Origin: Myxococcota bacterium
GTDB taxonomy: Bacteria > Myxococcota > B64-G9
NCBI GenBank assembly: GCA_041560255.1
Contig: JBFFBT010000003.1
Span: 1-52,916 of the forward strand
Reading direction: 5' to 3'
DNA: 52,916 nucleotides
Shown here piece after piece: positions 10,000-19,703 of this stretch; within the stretch, counting starts at the first letter, position 1, and every line of letters begins with the position of its first letter. A model generated the notes under the pieces. It saw nothing but the letters and a program-made list of their open reading frames with translations, searched no databases and was not told the origin of the DNA. Made by a program: the position numbers and the translations under genes.

Positions 10000-10542
10000 T
10001 CATGGTTTCGTTTCTTCTCTTCTGAGTTTCATATGGATGTAGTTGGTCACTTTTCTTCCACCCCAATCACGATAGTCTTCCGCTATGATGACTTCTCCGG
10101 TTTTAATCCGCACTACCCGCCCGAAATTTTTTCCTATCCGGGTTCCCACTTGCACGCTCACGCCTCTCCCATCCGGAAGCTCTACCTGAGCCCGCGGCTT
10201 TGCAATCCCGGAGATAATCGCGGTCAGTTTCAACTGATCGATTTCAAACTTGGTAAGAATGCCCCCGGGGCTTTCTTCATTGGGTTTTCGTTCAATCTTA
10301 TAAAAAGACTTGAACGGATCCCGCTTGCCGACCGGCGTATAGATGTAACTCATTGCCTGGGTTTCATCCAACGAATCCAGCGCGGAAACCGAGCTCGGAG
10401 CCTGTGCATTTTGACCGGCGCCGGTTTTGGCGGCATTCGGCCGTGGAGGCGAGGGGCGATCCTGTCCACCGCAGGCAGCCCAAACCAACATGCCTACAAT
10501 CACAACCCACTTTCCAAGCGTACCAATCTTATCAATCCGCAT
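10000..10542 (-). CDS. pilP: Type IV pilus lipoprotein PilP
   Basis: Lipobox WAAC, GKRDPF, FEIDQLKLTAI, GTRIGKNFG; lies between pilO and pilQ. Confidence 0.92.
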   Translation of the reverse strand: MRIDKIGTLGKWVVIVGMLVWAACGGQDRPSPPRPNAAKTGAGQNAQAPSSVSALDSLDETQAMSYIYTPVGKRDPFKSFYKIERKPNEESPGGILTKFEIDQLKLTAIISGIAKPRAQVELPDGRGVSVQVGTRIGKNFGRVVRIKTGEVIIAEDYRDWGGRKVTNYIHMKLRREETKP

Positions 10543-10602
10543 GCCGCCGCATCCATCCCGGACATTGACCACCATGACAAATCCTTTCGTCGGCTGCATG
10601 AT

Positions 10603-11232
10603 CTACTTACCTTTCGCGCCGGGCTTCTTTTTAACTTTACCGCCCGGAGCCGCAACATTTGGAGATTTGACCGCCCGAAAGGTCTTGGCCATGCACTGGG
10701 CCTGCAATACAACTTTGCCACTGCGGACCGCCGGCTCGCTCATACCGATATCGGACACGTTGATGATACGTTCCTCCTTGGCAATTTTATCGAAAAACGT
10801 CGTAATCTCATGATAATTGCCTTCGATTTCCATCTTGACGGGAATCTCCGCGTAGAAGTTTTTCCTTACTTCGGATGCAGGAGAAAATTTAATGATTCGA
10901 ATGTCCGATTTTTCTGAAAGCTCATTCAACGTCTTCAACAGATGATCGATGTTGGCGTCATCCGGAAGGTTTTTCTTTTTCTCTTCAAGCTTTTGTTGCA
11001 AGTACTCCACCCGCTGCTTGAACTTCGTCAGGTTGCCGGCGATTTCTTCTTTTTCGTGCAATTCTTCTTCCAAGGTTTGAAGCTGTCTCGAAAGCTTCTG
11101 CAACTCCTCCGCCTGACTCGTATAAATAAACCAATAATGACCGCCGCCCAAAACGAGCAAGATCATCACTCCCAGCGCCAATTTCTGGGGTGTCGGCGTC
11201 TTTTGGACCAGGCTGTAGAGCTTTTCCATCAC
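10603..11232 (-). CDS. pilO: Type IV pilus alignment protein PilO
   Basis: One TM helix, coiled coil, LP..ANI..LL, FYAEIPV, GNYHEITTFF, RIINV. Confidence 0.94.
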   Translation of the reverse strand: MMEKLYSLVQKTPTPQKLALGVMILLVLGGGHYWFIYTSQAEELQKLSRQLQTLEEELHEKEEIAGNLTKFKQRVEYLQQKLEEKKKNLPDDANIDHLLKTLNELSEKSDIRIIKFSPASEVRKNFYAEIPVKMEIEGNYHEITTFFDKIAKEERIINVSDIGMSEPAVRSGKVVLQAQCMAKTFRAVKSPNVAAPGGKVKKKPGAKGK

Positions 11233-11266
11233 ACCCTCGCTGAATACGCAGTCATTTCAAGAGCTT

Positions 11267-11875
11267 TCATATGGCGTAACTTACCTGCATGCTGATTTTA
11301 AATTTCACGAACGACTGCGCGTATTTTTTATCCTGCACCAACTCGGTTTCCACCAATCGGATGTTTTTGAAAAATGTCATTCCGGTTTGGGATGTTTTAT
11401 CACCGGCCGGGGCTGCTTGGGGGTTGGTCTCGACCGTCTCGCCCAGTTGGGTCATAAACTGCGCTACATGTTTGTTGGTCAATGCTTCGCCTTCGATGGT
11501 TACGGTACCCTTCTTTTCCGTCCAAGAAAGCAACCAAACCTGACGGGGGATGACTTGACTGAGTCGATCCAACACCCTCACCGGACCCACCTTGCTTTTG
11601 ACGAGATCTTCTATAATTTTCAATTTACTGTTGAGCTCGGCTTCCAGACCCTTGTATTTCTCAACTTCGCCGATGGCCTTTTTGTATTGTTCGATTTTCT
11701 GCTTGGTGCGGGTAATCTCCTTTTTGCTGTCATTGATTTTGCTTTGCATGGTCGAGTACCACGTGATCAATCCCAAAATCAGACCTGCAACCACCACCAA
11801 AAAAAGTACCAGCTGTTGTTTGACGTACTCCCGTTTCCGCGCAGCCCGAATCGGCAATAAATTTATCTTGATCAT
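11267..11875 (-). CDS. pilN: Type IV pilus alignment protein PilN
   Basis: MIKINLLP PilM-binding motif, TM helix, coiled coil, IPRQVWL, IEGEA. Confidence 0.94.
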   Translation of the reverse strand: MIKINLLPIRAARKREYVKQQLVLFLVVVAGLILGLITWYSTMQSKINDSKKEITRTKQKIEQYKKAIGEVEKYKGLEAELNSKLKIIEDLVKSKVGPVRVLDRLSQVIPRQVWLLSWTEKKGTVTIEGEALTNKHVAQFMTQLGETVETNPQAAPAGDKTSQTGMTFFKNIRLVETELVQDKKYAQSFVKFKISMQVSYAI

Positions 11876-11885
11876 GATCGCACGC

Positions 11886-12950
11886 TCACTTGTCGTCCGG
11901 TGTCCTGAGTCCCAAACCAACTGCTACGGCCGCAGCAGGGCCCATCTCTCTCAAATACTCCGGATCGAACCTTTTCGGATCAAACTCAATATTACGAAAA
12001 GGATTCATGATCTCGACCGGCACTCCCACCCGATTCTCGATTACCTTATACAGCGACGGCAGTTTACACGTGCCTCCGCTGAGGTATATCCGGCTTATTT
12101 GGCTGTCGGCCGCGGTTGCGGCGTAGAAATCGAGTGAGCGCTGAATCTCCGAAGCCAAGTTTTCCGACACCGCGGCAATGACCCTTTCTACCTCATGCGG
12201 AACCACTGAATCGGCGTCCATGCCGGATCCACCCCCGACTTTCAGAGCTTCGGCTTCATCATATCCCACGTTGAGCTGCTTTTGGATCTCCTCGGTAAAC
12301 TGATTTCCACCCATCGAGATATCCCGCGTAAACGCCGTCACACCCGCTGAAAGCACGTTGATATTGATGACCGAAGCCCCCAGATTCACCAATACAACCG
12401 TATCGGATTCGGGCAGATCGTAGTTCACCTCGAATGCATTTTCGACACAAAAAGCCGCCACATCCACCACCATCGGCGTCAGTCCGGATTCCTGTATCAC
12501 CGCCAAATAGTCGTTGATCATGTCTTTCTTGGCGGCCACCAACAATACATCCATCTGACCCTGGTCGGTGGGCTCCGGGGTCAAAACCTGCACGTCGATA
12601 TTCACATCGTTGATATCGAATGGGATGTATTGCTCAGCTTCCCACTGAATGGACTCGTCGAGTTCCTCTTCGGTCATAGCCGGTAAAGTGATTTTTTTGA
12701 TAATCACCGAATGACCGCTGATGGCCACCCCGACTTCCTTGTGATGAATTCGGCGGGTTTGCGTCAACTCCCTGATGGCGTTGACGATTACCGTCGAATT
12801 CATCAAAGCGCCGTCTACAATGGCCTCGGGCGGCAGCTGTACCGAGCCAAAGTTGCGAAGCTGGTATCCTCGTTTGGATTCTTTCAGCTGCACCAGCTTT
12901 ACGGCGCTCGAGCCTATATCGAGTCCTAACACATTCTTGGCTCTGGCCAT
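11886..12950 (-). CDS. pilM: Type IV pilus actin-like protein PilM
   Basis: GLDIGSSAVK, EAEQYIPF, IYLSGG, AVAVGLGLR. Confidence 0.97.
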   Translation of the reverse strand: MARAKNVLGLDIGSSAVKLVQLKESKRGYQLRNFGSVQLPPEAIVDGALMNSTVIVNAIRELTQTRRIHHKEVGVAISGHSVIIKKITLPAMTEEELDESIQWEAEQYIPFDINDVNIDVQVLTPEPTDQGQMDVLLVAAKKDMINDYLAVIQESGLTPMVVDVAAFCVENAFEVNYDLPESDTVVLVNLGASVININVLSAGVTAFTRDISMGGNQFTEEIQKQLNVGYDEAEALKVGGGSGMDADSVVPHEVERVIAAVSENLASEIQRSLDFYAATAADSQISRIYLSGGTCKLPSLYKVIENRVGVPVEIMNPFRNIEFDPKRFDPEYLREMGPAAAVAVGLGLRTPDDK

Positions 12951-12995
12951 GAGACGACTCCCCTTTCAGCCCAATCTCAACAAGTCCAATCGACT

Positions 12996-13301
12996 TCAAT
13001 CATCTCCAACTTGTTCGTCTTCGATAAACACTTTGTCCTTTTCGGACAAACCCATACCCAGCGCCAGGATGATCTTGCGCTTTGTGTCCATCCGGCAGAC
13101 ATGACCGGATTCGATCCGATCGATGGTCAATGCCGACAAGCCCGATTTACGCGCCAACTCGGCTTTGCTCATCAACAAAGACTCACGGATCTTTCGAACA
13201 TTGTTGGACGCCTTGGAAGAATCCTCGGCACGCTTTTCCCTGCTTTCGTAATCCTTGACAACCACCGCTTTGGTTCGATTGCGGGTCATATCAGGCTCCA
13301 T
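12996..13301 (-). CDS. XRE-family helix-turn-helix regulator upstream of pilM
   Basis: NNVRKIRESLLMSKAELARKSGLSALTIDRIESG..CRMDTKRKIILALG. This small HTH type is known upstream of pilM in deltaproteobacteria. Confidence 0.88.
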   Translation of the reverse strand: MEPDMTRNRTKAVVVKDYESREKRAEDSSKASNNVRKIRESLLMSKAELARKSGLSALTIDRIESGHVCRMDTKRKIILALGMGLSEKDKVFIEDEQVGDD

Positions 13302-13417
13302 CTCCTTTTGTTCTGGCTCGAACCAACGCCCATTCCAACCGAAAAAGGACGTTAAATCATTTTGATTTCAGTTTCCGAAAGACCCGGATCAAAGTCAAGA
13401 ATTTGGCACAACTATTA

Positions 13418-13445
13418 TTAATTATATTTAATTATATATAATTAA
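13418..13445. promoter_or_regulatory. Pure A/T 18-bp palindrome with a tandem half-site; candidate operator for the HTH-pilMNOPQ promoter
   Basis: TTAATTATATATAATTAA (13428-13445) is a perfect palindrome, preceded by a copy of TTAATTATAT (13418-13427). It lies about 20 bp upstream of a minus-strand TTGACT (13393-13398). Confidence 0.5.
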
Positions 13446-13532
13446 GACCCAAAACACATGCGTCTTTTCAAAAAACCACGCTGAAGACATCTTCGCATCG
13501 CCGATCCCCCCGGCCCCCCGGCATACGCCTGC

Positions 13533-13940
13533 CTACCTGGGACGATTGTCATCTTTGTTCTTACGCCCGTCAGGCTGGGTATTTGGATTTATCGATTGGT
13601 TCCCGACGGCTTTGGCCGGACGCCTGGAAAGCTCCTTCAACGCCTGAATATCCCGGGGCCTTTTGGCCATCTCAACCACCTCTCCAGGCACCATTTCGAC
13701 ATTGGGATATTTTTTATCCCGGGCATGTGCATCCGGCCGCATTTGGTCGGGATCTTTTTTGGATGCCCGCTCTCCTTCTTCGGACGGTTGCGATTCTGCC
13801 TCCGGATTTTTGTTTTCAGCCGGCTCCGAATCATTCGACTCAGGAATAGATTCAAAATTGCCCCGACAGTCCGAACAACCGCTCGACCCGACGGCGGCAA
13901 TCAACCCACAAACCGTAATAAGTATGTATCGGCCACGCAT
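13533..13940 (-). CDS. Hypothetical low-complexity lipoprotein
   Basis: Basic N-terminus, hydrophobic stretch, lipobox SSGC; charged Pro/Glu-rich mature part; GAGG RBS. Confidence 0.65.
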   Translation of the reverse strand: MRGRYILITVCGLIAAVGSSGCSDCRGNFESIPESNDSEPAENKNPEAESQPSEEGERASKKDPDQMRPDAHARDKKYPNVEMVPGEVVEMAKRPRDIQALKELSRRPAKAVGNQSINPNTQPDGRKNKDDNRPR

Positions 13941-14079
13941 GTATAACCTCTGGATATGGGATCTATTTTAGCTTCCAAAGCGAAAGAAAGCAAGAATGTC
14001 ATCGAAAAGACCTTAGAAAATCACTCCGGCAGGCAACACAATCGCAGGCTCGATAAATAAGCATCGATCCGTAATCCAG

Positions 14080-17000
14080 CTACAACACCTTGGCCCAGCT
14101 GAACACATACGACACGTTCAAATCCTGCTCTCCCAAAGGCAATATCTCCTGCTTGGTGCCTTGCTGAATGACCACCTTGGGTCCCCGGTTGGTCCATACG
14201 ATGGCCGGAGCGCTGGGTGTGCCGGTTTGTTTCATGGTCTTTTGAAAGATCAATTCACCCGGATCGAAGTTGTCGAACGGATACACATACACATTGGCGA
14301 CACCCGTGTTGCACACGTCCGGGTTGGCCCGATACGTGCTGAAGATGATTTTACCGGCCACCACCAAAGGCTTCGCGAACACTCGTTCGTCTTTTTCCGG
14401 CAGTACGAGCGGTTGGGTGAAAAGCTTTCCCACAGGCTGGGGAACATAATAACCTTCCGCATCGTAATCCCGCCACTCTTCCACCGCAAACACATAGTCC
14501 TGGGCATCCTTGAACTCCAAGCTGTCGGTCTCGCCCGTACCGAAGAACATAACCAAATTACCGGCGTAGTTCAAAGCCAAAGTCGATTTCGCGGTAATCG
14601 GTCTTCTGGGCCGCACCGCGGTGGAGCTGTTCATGTCGTTTTTGGTCATGTCGTACCAAAGCGACACGCTCCAATCATACTCGATGCTTCCCGAGGTATA
14701 TGAGCCGACCATCTCTCCTTCGGGCGCATCGGGATTGAACTCGGCGTTGCGCACATCTATCCGATATACATTTCCCCGGGTGGTGGGGACGAACACCCGG
14801 CTGATGGATTGCCCCAGCGAGGTATTGAAGGCCACCGGAGTGGAGGCGACCGTCTCGACCCAAAAATCGTCCGCTACATCCAGGTGGAAACGGCTCTCTT
14901 CGTCGTTGGGCACCAAAGCGCAGCCTTCGGTTTTGAGCTCGATATCCAAACCTCCGGGGACACCCTTTTTCTTTGAAAATTTGTAATAACACGGGCTGTA
15001 ACCCGAGGCCGGGCATTTTCCGTCTCCGGTCGAAGGCGTGTAGCAGCATTCTTTTTCGTAAATGATATCATCCTCATATTCCACGCAGTGCTTCAGAAGC
15101 TCCTCGGGCAAATACGGTTTTTTAGAAACGGTGTTGCGCTTTTCATCACACGACCAGCCTTCTCCGCTGAAGCATTTGCCCCAGCAGTTGAAGTTCGCGC
15201 TGGGGTTGGTGCTCAAGATCTTGTAATACTTTTCGAGCATATCGGCCGAGTCTTCGGACACCGCGTTGGAGAAAAGAAACTTTCGAAGCAGCTTTCCGGT
15301 CTCCACATCGATGATATACAATGAGGACGAGCCCACCATGTTTTCTACGAAGTCGATGCAGCTGTTTACTCCCAAAAGCGATTGGGGCGGCATGTAACCC
15401 CCCGGTACGATGGCCACCGACCGGCCTTCGTACTCCTCCTGCACTCCGGCTTTCTTGAGCCAGACCTGTCCGAGAATCGGCTCGGCCCAGCCCTGCAGCT
15501 GGGAGGTCTCACATTGGTTGGCGACGTAATCGGCGGTCACCGGCAAGTGCGTGCGGTACTCCCACAAATACTTGGGATCTTCGGGATCGGTGACATCCAG
15601 AGCGAAGTAGGCGCTTCCGCCCTTGCGCTCTCCCGATACCAAAACGGTACGGTATGCCCCCATGAAGCAGTCCGATCCATTCTTCAGACAATCTCCTTTG
15701 TTCATCGGGTCCGGCGTGGGAAGATCCTTGAAATACATATCCCGGATGATGGGTGTGCCGTCCACAAAAAAGTTGTGCCCCCAGCGGGTCTGCTGGATTT
15801 TGGCCAACAGGTTGTTGGGAATAAACGCCCACAGCTCTTTTCCCGTGTCGTCCCTGCCGTCATCTTTGTTGTCCTCGGCCACGAACGCATGCAACATACC
15901 GTCGTTGGCCCCTACGTACAACATGGTGTGGCGGTCGCCGTACATGCGGAAATACGATTCGTAATTGTAATCCGGACTGATGGAGGAAGGCGGGCCCACC
16001 ACGATGGGACTGGAGTGAAAGATATCCCCGAGCGGCGGTCCGTCGGTCGGCACGGTATAGGAGCCCCCGCGGGCCGGGGTGCCGCCTACGCCGCGTACGA
16101 AATCCTTGACCAATTCGGCCAGCTTGGCCTCGCTGATTTCTTTCCAATTCGTACACTCTTTGATGATTTCCTCGTTGGTGCATACCTCCTGTGAACCACT
16201 GCCCCAACGCCGGCAATATCGCTCCCCATGCGACTCTCCCCAACGCCGACACTCCCGGCAGTAGTCGTACCTACAGCCAAACCCTTCGCCGCAATCGTCG
16301 TGCTCTTCGCATTTTTTTCTTTCGTAGGCGGTGCAGACTTTGATCTCGTTCCAATTGGTGCACTCGCGCTCTCCCTGGGTATCCAAGCACATCAACGGAT
16401 CGGTCTCTTTATATCCACTCTCGAAAGGATACAACCCCAGACGGTGATCGGATTTACTAAATCCACGGGGCCATTCGGCCGGATTGCTTCGATCGATTCC
16501 GGGGTCCTGGCTGCGGGGGTCGTGCACCACGGTCAAAACCCTTCGCCCCTCGAGCGGATCCATGCTGTCGGGACGCTGGTTTTTCAAAACGTCTTCGAAA
16601 TACACCCTATCGCCGGTAAACTCGGGATTGCCGTCTCCATCGAGATCGGCGATGCGCTCGCGAACCAAATGGCCGGTCCACATACCATCGAGCGATATTT
16701 CAAAGTATGCCACAAATTGAAACGACTCGTTCACCGAAACAATGGACTGAATGGAAGACGGCGCGGTGCGGCTTGATCCCCCGGTCAAGATGGTATCGAT
16801 GATGGATGAAAACACCTGCCTGAGCTCTTCGGGGTTGTTGGCCATAAAGGCCCCGTAATCACCCCCCGATCCGGCTCTGGCGATCGGATCGAGGTAGTCT
16901 TTCTGGGTGCCGAAGCCCACCACGAACACCGGAATGCCCGCGGTCTTACCGGGGAAAAGCTCCTGCACCGGGTTGGAAATCGTACCGGCGCTCCATAGAG

Positions 17001-17745
17001 CTTCCGCGTTGATGAAGGTGCGATCGTAGCGGTTGGGATAGCCCCAATCGCTCCATCTATCTCCATAACAACCCTGGTTTTCTTCTCCGTCCGAAAGCAG
17101 CAAAACGAACTTCGCCCGGCAAGTGCCCATCATATCCTTGTATCCAATGTCTTTTTCCCAGTTTTTATAATGGTAGAGTGCGTCGTACAAAGCCGCGCAC
17201 AGAGGCGTCCAACCCTCTGCATTCATGCTGCATACCGAGCTTTGCACCCTGAAATTGTTGCCCACCAGATCTTCCGGATCGCTTGGATTGACAAAATCAA
17301 TCAAGCAGCCTTCGTTGGCGTCGCAACGACTACCTACCCGATCCTTGACACCCAGGCTCCAGTCGGAACCGATGTCGTCTGCGTAGTTCCAGGTGGCGCT
17401 TCGATCATTGTCGAAGCTTCCAAATCCAAACTGGATCAACTCGCGGTAGTCATCCAAGATACCGTCGTCTTTCTGCACACTGCAACCGACCTGGGTATCG
17501 ATGTAGGTCCCGGTGAGCACTTCTTTGAGCGCTTGTAAACGGTTGCATTTCATGGTGCCTGCGATGCCGCACTCGAAGCTGCCCTCATCCATGGAGCCCG
17601 AGCTATCCAGGATGACGAATATCTGCGGCAGCACCGCCAGAGGATCGTCGCCCGAGACGAACTGGGCCTTCGCAATCCAGGGGTTCAACCCGAGGCTCAA
17701 CCCGATAATCACACTACCGATTTTTGCAATCAATCTTGACTTCAT
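14080..17745 (-). CDS. pilY1: PilY1 pilus-tip adhesin (vWA domain + PilC/PilY1 beta-propeller) with Cys-rich insertions
   Basis: Signal peptide. vWA motifs ILDSSGSM / TPL / LLLSDGEE / VFVVGFG. PilY1 motifs LGDIFHSSP, LYVGANDGMLHAF, GKELWAFIP, FFVDG, YFALDVTDP, FFGTG. ATG 17745 with GAGGAGG RBS. Confidence 0.93.
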   Translation of the reverse strand: MKSRLIAKIGSVIIGLSLGLNPWIAKAQFVSGDDPLAVLPQIFVILDSSGSMDEGSFECGIAGTMKCNRLQALKEVLTGTYIDTQVGCSVQKDDGILDDYRELIQFGFGSFDNDRSATWNYADDIGSDWSLGVKDRVGSRCDANEGCLIDFVNPSDPEDLVGNNFRVQSSVCSMNAEGWTPLCAALYDALYHYKNWEKDIGYKDMMGTCRAKFVLLLSDGEENQGCYGDRWSDWGYPNRYDRTFINAEALWSAGTISNPVQELFPGKTAGIPVFVVGFGTQKDYLDPIARAGSGGDYGAFMANNPEELRQVFSSIIDTILTGGSSRTAPSSIQSIVSVNESFQFVAYFEISLDGMWTGHLVRERIADLDGDGNPEFTGDRVYFEDVLKNQRPDSMDPLEGRRVLTVVHDPRSQDPGIDRSNPAEWPRGFSKSDHRLGLYPFESGYKETDPLMCLDTQGERECTNWNEIKVCTAYERKKCEEHDDCGEGFGCRYDYCRECRRWGESHGERYCRRWGSGSQEVCTNEEIIKECTNWKEISEAKLAELVKDFVRGVGGTPARGGSYTVPTDGPPLGDIFHSSPIVVGPPSSISPDYNYESYFRMYGDRHTMLYVGANDGMLHAFVAEDNKDDGRDDTGKELWAFIPNNLLAKIQQTRWGHNFFVDGTPIIRDMYFKDLPTPDPMNKGDCLKNGSDCFMGAYRTVLVSGERKGGSAYFALDVTDPEDPKYLWEYRTHLPVTADYVANQCETSQLQGWAEPILGQVWLKKAGVQEEYEGRSVAIVPGGYMPPQSLLGVNSCIDFVENMVGSSSLYIIDVETGKLLRKFLFSNAVSEDSADMLEKYYKILSTNPSANFNCWGKCFSGEGWSCDEKRNTVSKKPYLPEELLKHCVEYEDDIIYEKECCYTPSTGDGKCPASGYSPCYYKFSKKKGVPGGLDIELKTEGCALVPNDEESRFHLDVADDFWVETVASTPVAFNTSLGQSISRVFVPTTRGNVYRIDVRNAEFNPDAPEGEMVGSYTSGSIEYDWSVSLWYDMTKNDMNSSTAVRPRRPITAKSTLALNYAGNLVMFFGTGETDSLEFKDAQDYVFAVEEWRDYDAEGYYVPQPVGKLFTQPLVLPEKDERVFAKPLVVAGKIIFSTYRANPDVCNTGVANVYVYPFDNFDPGELIFQKTMKQTGTPSAPAIVWTNRGPKVVIQQGTKQEILPLGEQDLNVSYVFSWAKVL

Positions 17746-17800
17746 GGCCTTTTCCTCCTCGGCCGAGTTGCTTTGATTCGACCTGGTCATCCAGCCAATC

Positions 17801-18451
17801 CTAAGGGCAACGGGTCGGTCCGGCCACCACCCGGGCACGCGCCGAAATAAACGTAACATTACCGTTGAGCGACAACTCCGCCGATTGGAACTTGGTCGGA
17901 GTGGTCCCTCGAGAATCGGCGTCCAAAATCAAATAACAGATCTCCTGCACCTCATTGCCGGGGATGGATGTCCCTCGGGTCGCCAATGGAAGCAGATCGA
18001 CCTGATAGGCAATGCCCTGATCCACCAAAACCGGGGTTTTATCCTCTTCGCCGTCCGGCGCCACCACCGGCAGATACAAGGTCCCGTCATTGATGTTGGT
18101 GGGATCCGGATCGGCGGTGGAATAGCTGAACTGGCCCGCCAGCATAGCCGAGTTGATGGTCGGATCGCTCAGATTGCCTTCTCTGACCGGACCGCGTCTT
18201 TGTTGATCGAATGGAGTCATAAAGACTTCACCCGCGCTGACCGAGAGGTTGGCGCTGGCCATGGCGGTGGCCGCTTCGGCGATGACTTCGTTACGGGCCA
18301 CCCGCATCAAGTTGCCCGCGATGACCAAATCCGTATTGGTGTGCTGGATGGAGATTACCCCGACCGAGCTGAGGGTCAGCAGCATCAACACACTGAGCAC
18401 CATGGCGTTGCCGCGGCAGGCATAAACCTTATGGTAAAGACGCTTCGGCAT
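17801..18451 (-). CDS. pilX: Minor pilin PilX
   Basis: RG|NAMVLSVLMLLTLSSVG pilin-like N-terminus lacking Glu5, AGN...AEA motif; last minor pilin before pilY1. Confidence 0.8.
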   Translation of the reverse strand: MPKRLYHKVYACRGNAMVLSVLMLLTLSSVGVISIQHTNTDLVIAGNLMRVARNEVIAEAATAMASANLSVSAGEVFMTPFDQQRRGPVREGNLSDPTINSAMLAGQFSYSTADPDPTNINDGTLYLPVVAPDGEEDKTPVLVDQGIAYQVDLLPLATRGTSIPGNEVQEICYLILDADSRGTTPTKFQSAELSLNGNVTFISARARVVAGPTRCP

Positions 18452-18464
18452 GCTCTTATCCTCC

Positions 18465-19691
18465 TCATTGCACCGGTCGCATACGCTGCACCGGGTGAGA
18501 CATCAAACTAATGTTGCGCAACTGAATCAACATGTGAGCCACCCGCACATGCGCCAAACCGTTTTCCGGCACCCCGTCCAAATCGTAGCCATAGTTCTTA
18601 GCCTGGGTCGGATTGCTGGTGTAATCACTGATGACGAAGTTGGGATCCTCACTGTCGGTCCTGACCCGCATGGTGACATTGATGGCCCGCACCTGCATCC
18701 AGTCTATCGCTTCGGTGCCCGGGGGGATCAAGTCGATCGGATTGGAAAGCCTGATGTCGGGAGCGACCCTGGGAGCCGAGCTCGCGTCGTTTACCGGATC
18801 GTTCATTTGAGGCGAGTTGCTGTCGACATACACCTGGATCTGCAACCCCGGGGCATGGGGATCGTCTCTCGGCAAGAGATTTTCAATCACCGACACGGCC
18901 GGGTTGCCGGCCCGCGTCGAGGGACAGTCGTCGGAATTACGCATAAGCGCCCAGTTCGAAGCACCCTGAGATCCCTTCGGTCCCTTGTTTTCGAGCCAGT
19001 AGTTGATGGAGGTAATCGGGTTGATGAACACCGCCTTGGTGTCGTGGCTTTGGATTCTCTCTCCGATGAGATTTTCCTTCAATTGCACAGTGGCGAAAGG
19101 CACGGTCATGGTATTGACCACCGTGTAGTAGCAAATGTTTTCTCCCTCGACCAAGCGAATGATGGTATCTTCACAAAAAACATCCTCGAAACGAGGTCCA
19201 TCAAAAAACGGCTTGTACACGCTACCCTGCGGGGTCGATGATACCCCTACGGCGCACTCGTCCTTGGGCTCCGGCAAGTAAGGGCTCCTGTCGCGGCACA
19301 CGATGGTGACCTGATCCCGGGCGTAATCCAAAGTGACCCGATAATCCCTGCTGCTTATGAAGTTGCCCCGAATGGTGAGGACATTGTCGGTATAGGAGAC
19401 GGGGCCCCGTTGCTCGACCGGAAGCCCTTCCCACTGGGTGGGAAGCTGACTGCAATACGTGTTGATCCTGGGATGCAACGTAAACATGTAAGCTGCGCGC
19501 TTGAGATCTTCGACCGTCTTGATCATACCCATGCGAAGCCGGGCCTGCGCGTCGACGATTTCCTTGGAATTGCCGAAAGAACGCTGCACCGAGCCCGACA
19601 GGGCCACCAGACCGGCCATTAAAATGCCCGCCACCACCAGCGTCACCATCAGCTCGATGAGCGTAAATCCTCTTCTATTTCTCCATTTCAA
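18465..19691 (-). CDS. pilW: Minor pilin PilW
   Basis: RRG|FTLIELMV prepilin site, EDLKRAAY, ENL...LQI, VRAINVTMRVRT. Confidence 0.85.
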   Translation of the reverse strand: MKWRNRRGFTLIELMVTLVVAGILMAGLVALSGSVQRSFGNSKEIVDAQARLRMGMIKTVEDLKRAAYMFTLHPRINTYCSQLPTQWEGLPVEQRGPVSYTDNVLTIRGNFISSRDYRVTLDYARDQVTIVCRDRSPYLPEPKDECAVGVSSTPQGSVYKPFFDGPRFEDVFCEDTIIRLVEGENICYYTVVNTMTVPFATVQLKENLIGERIQSHDTKAVFINPITSINYWLENKGPKGSQGASNWALMRNSDDCPSTRAGNPAVSVIENLLPRDDPHAPGLQIQVYVDSNSPQMNDPVNDASSAPRVAPDIRLSNPIDLIPPGTEAIDWMQVRAINVTMRVRTDSEDPNFVISDYTSNPTQAKNYGYDLDGVPENGLAHVRVAHMLIQLRNISLMSHPVQRMRPVQ

Positions 19692-19703
19692 GGCAATTCC
19701 CTC

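Noticed and set aside
13404-13419. TGGCAC-N5-TTAT as a sigma54 promoter
   Set aside because: Lacks the -12 GC and points antisense to the flanking genes.
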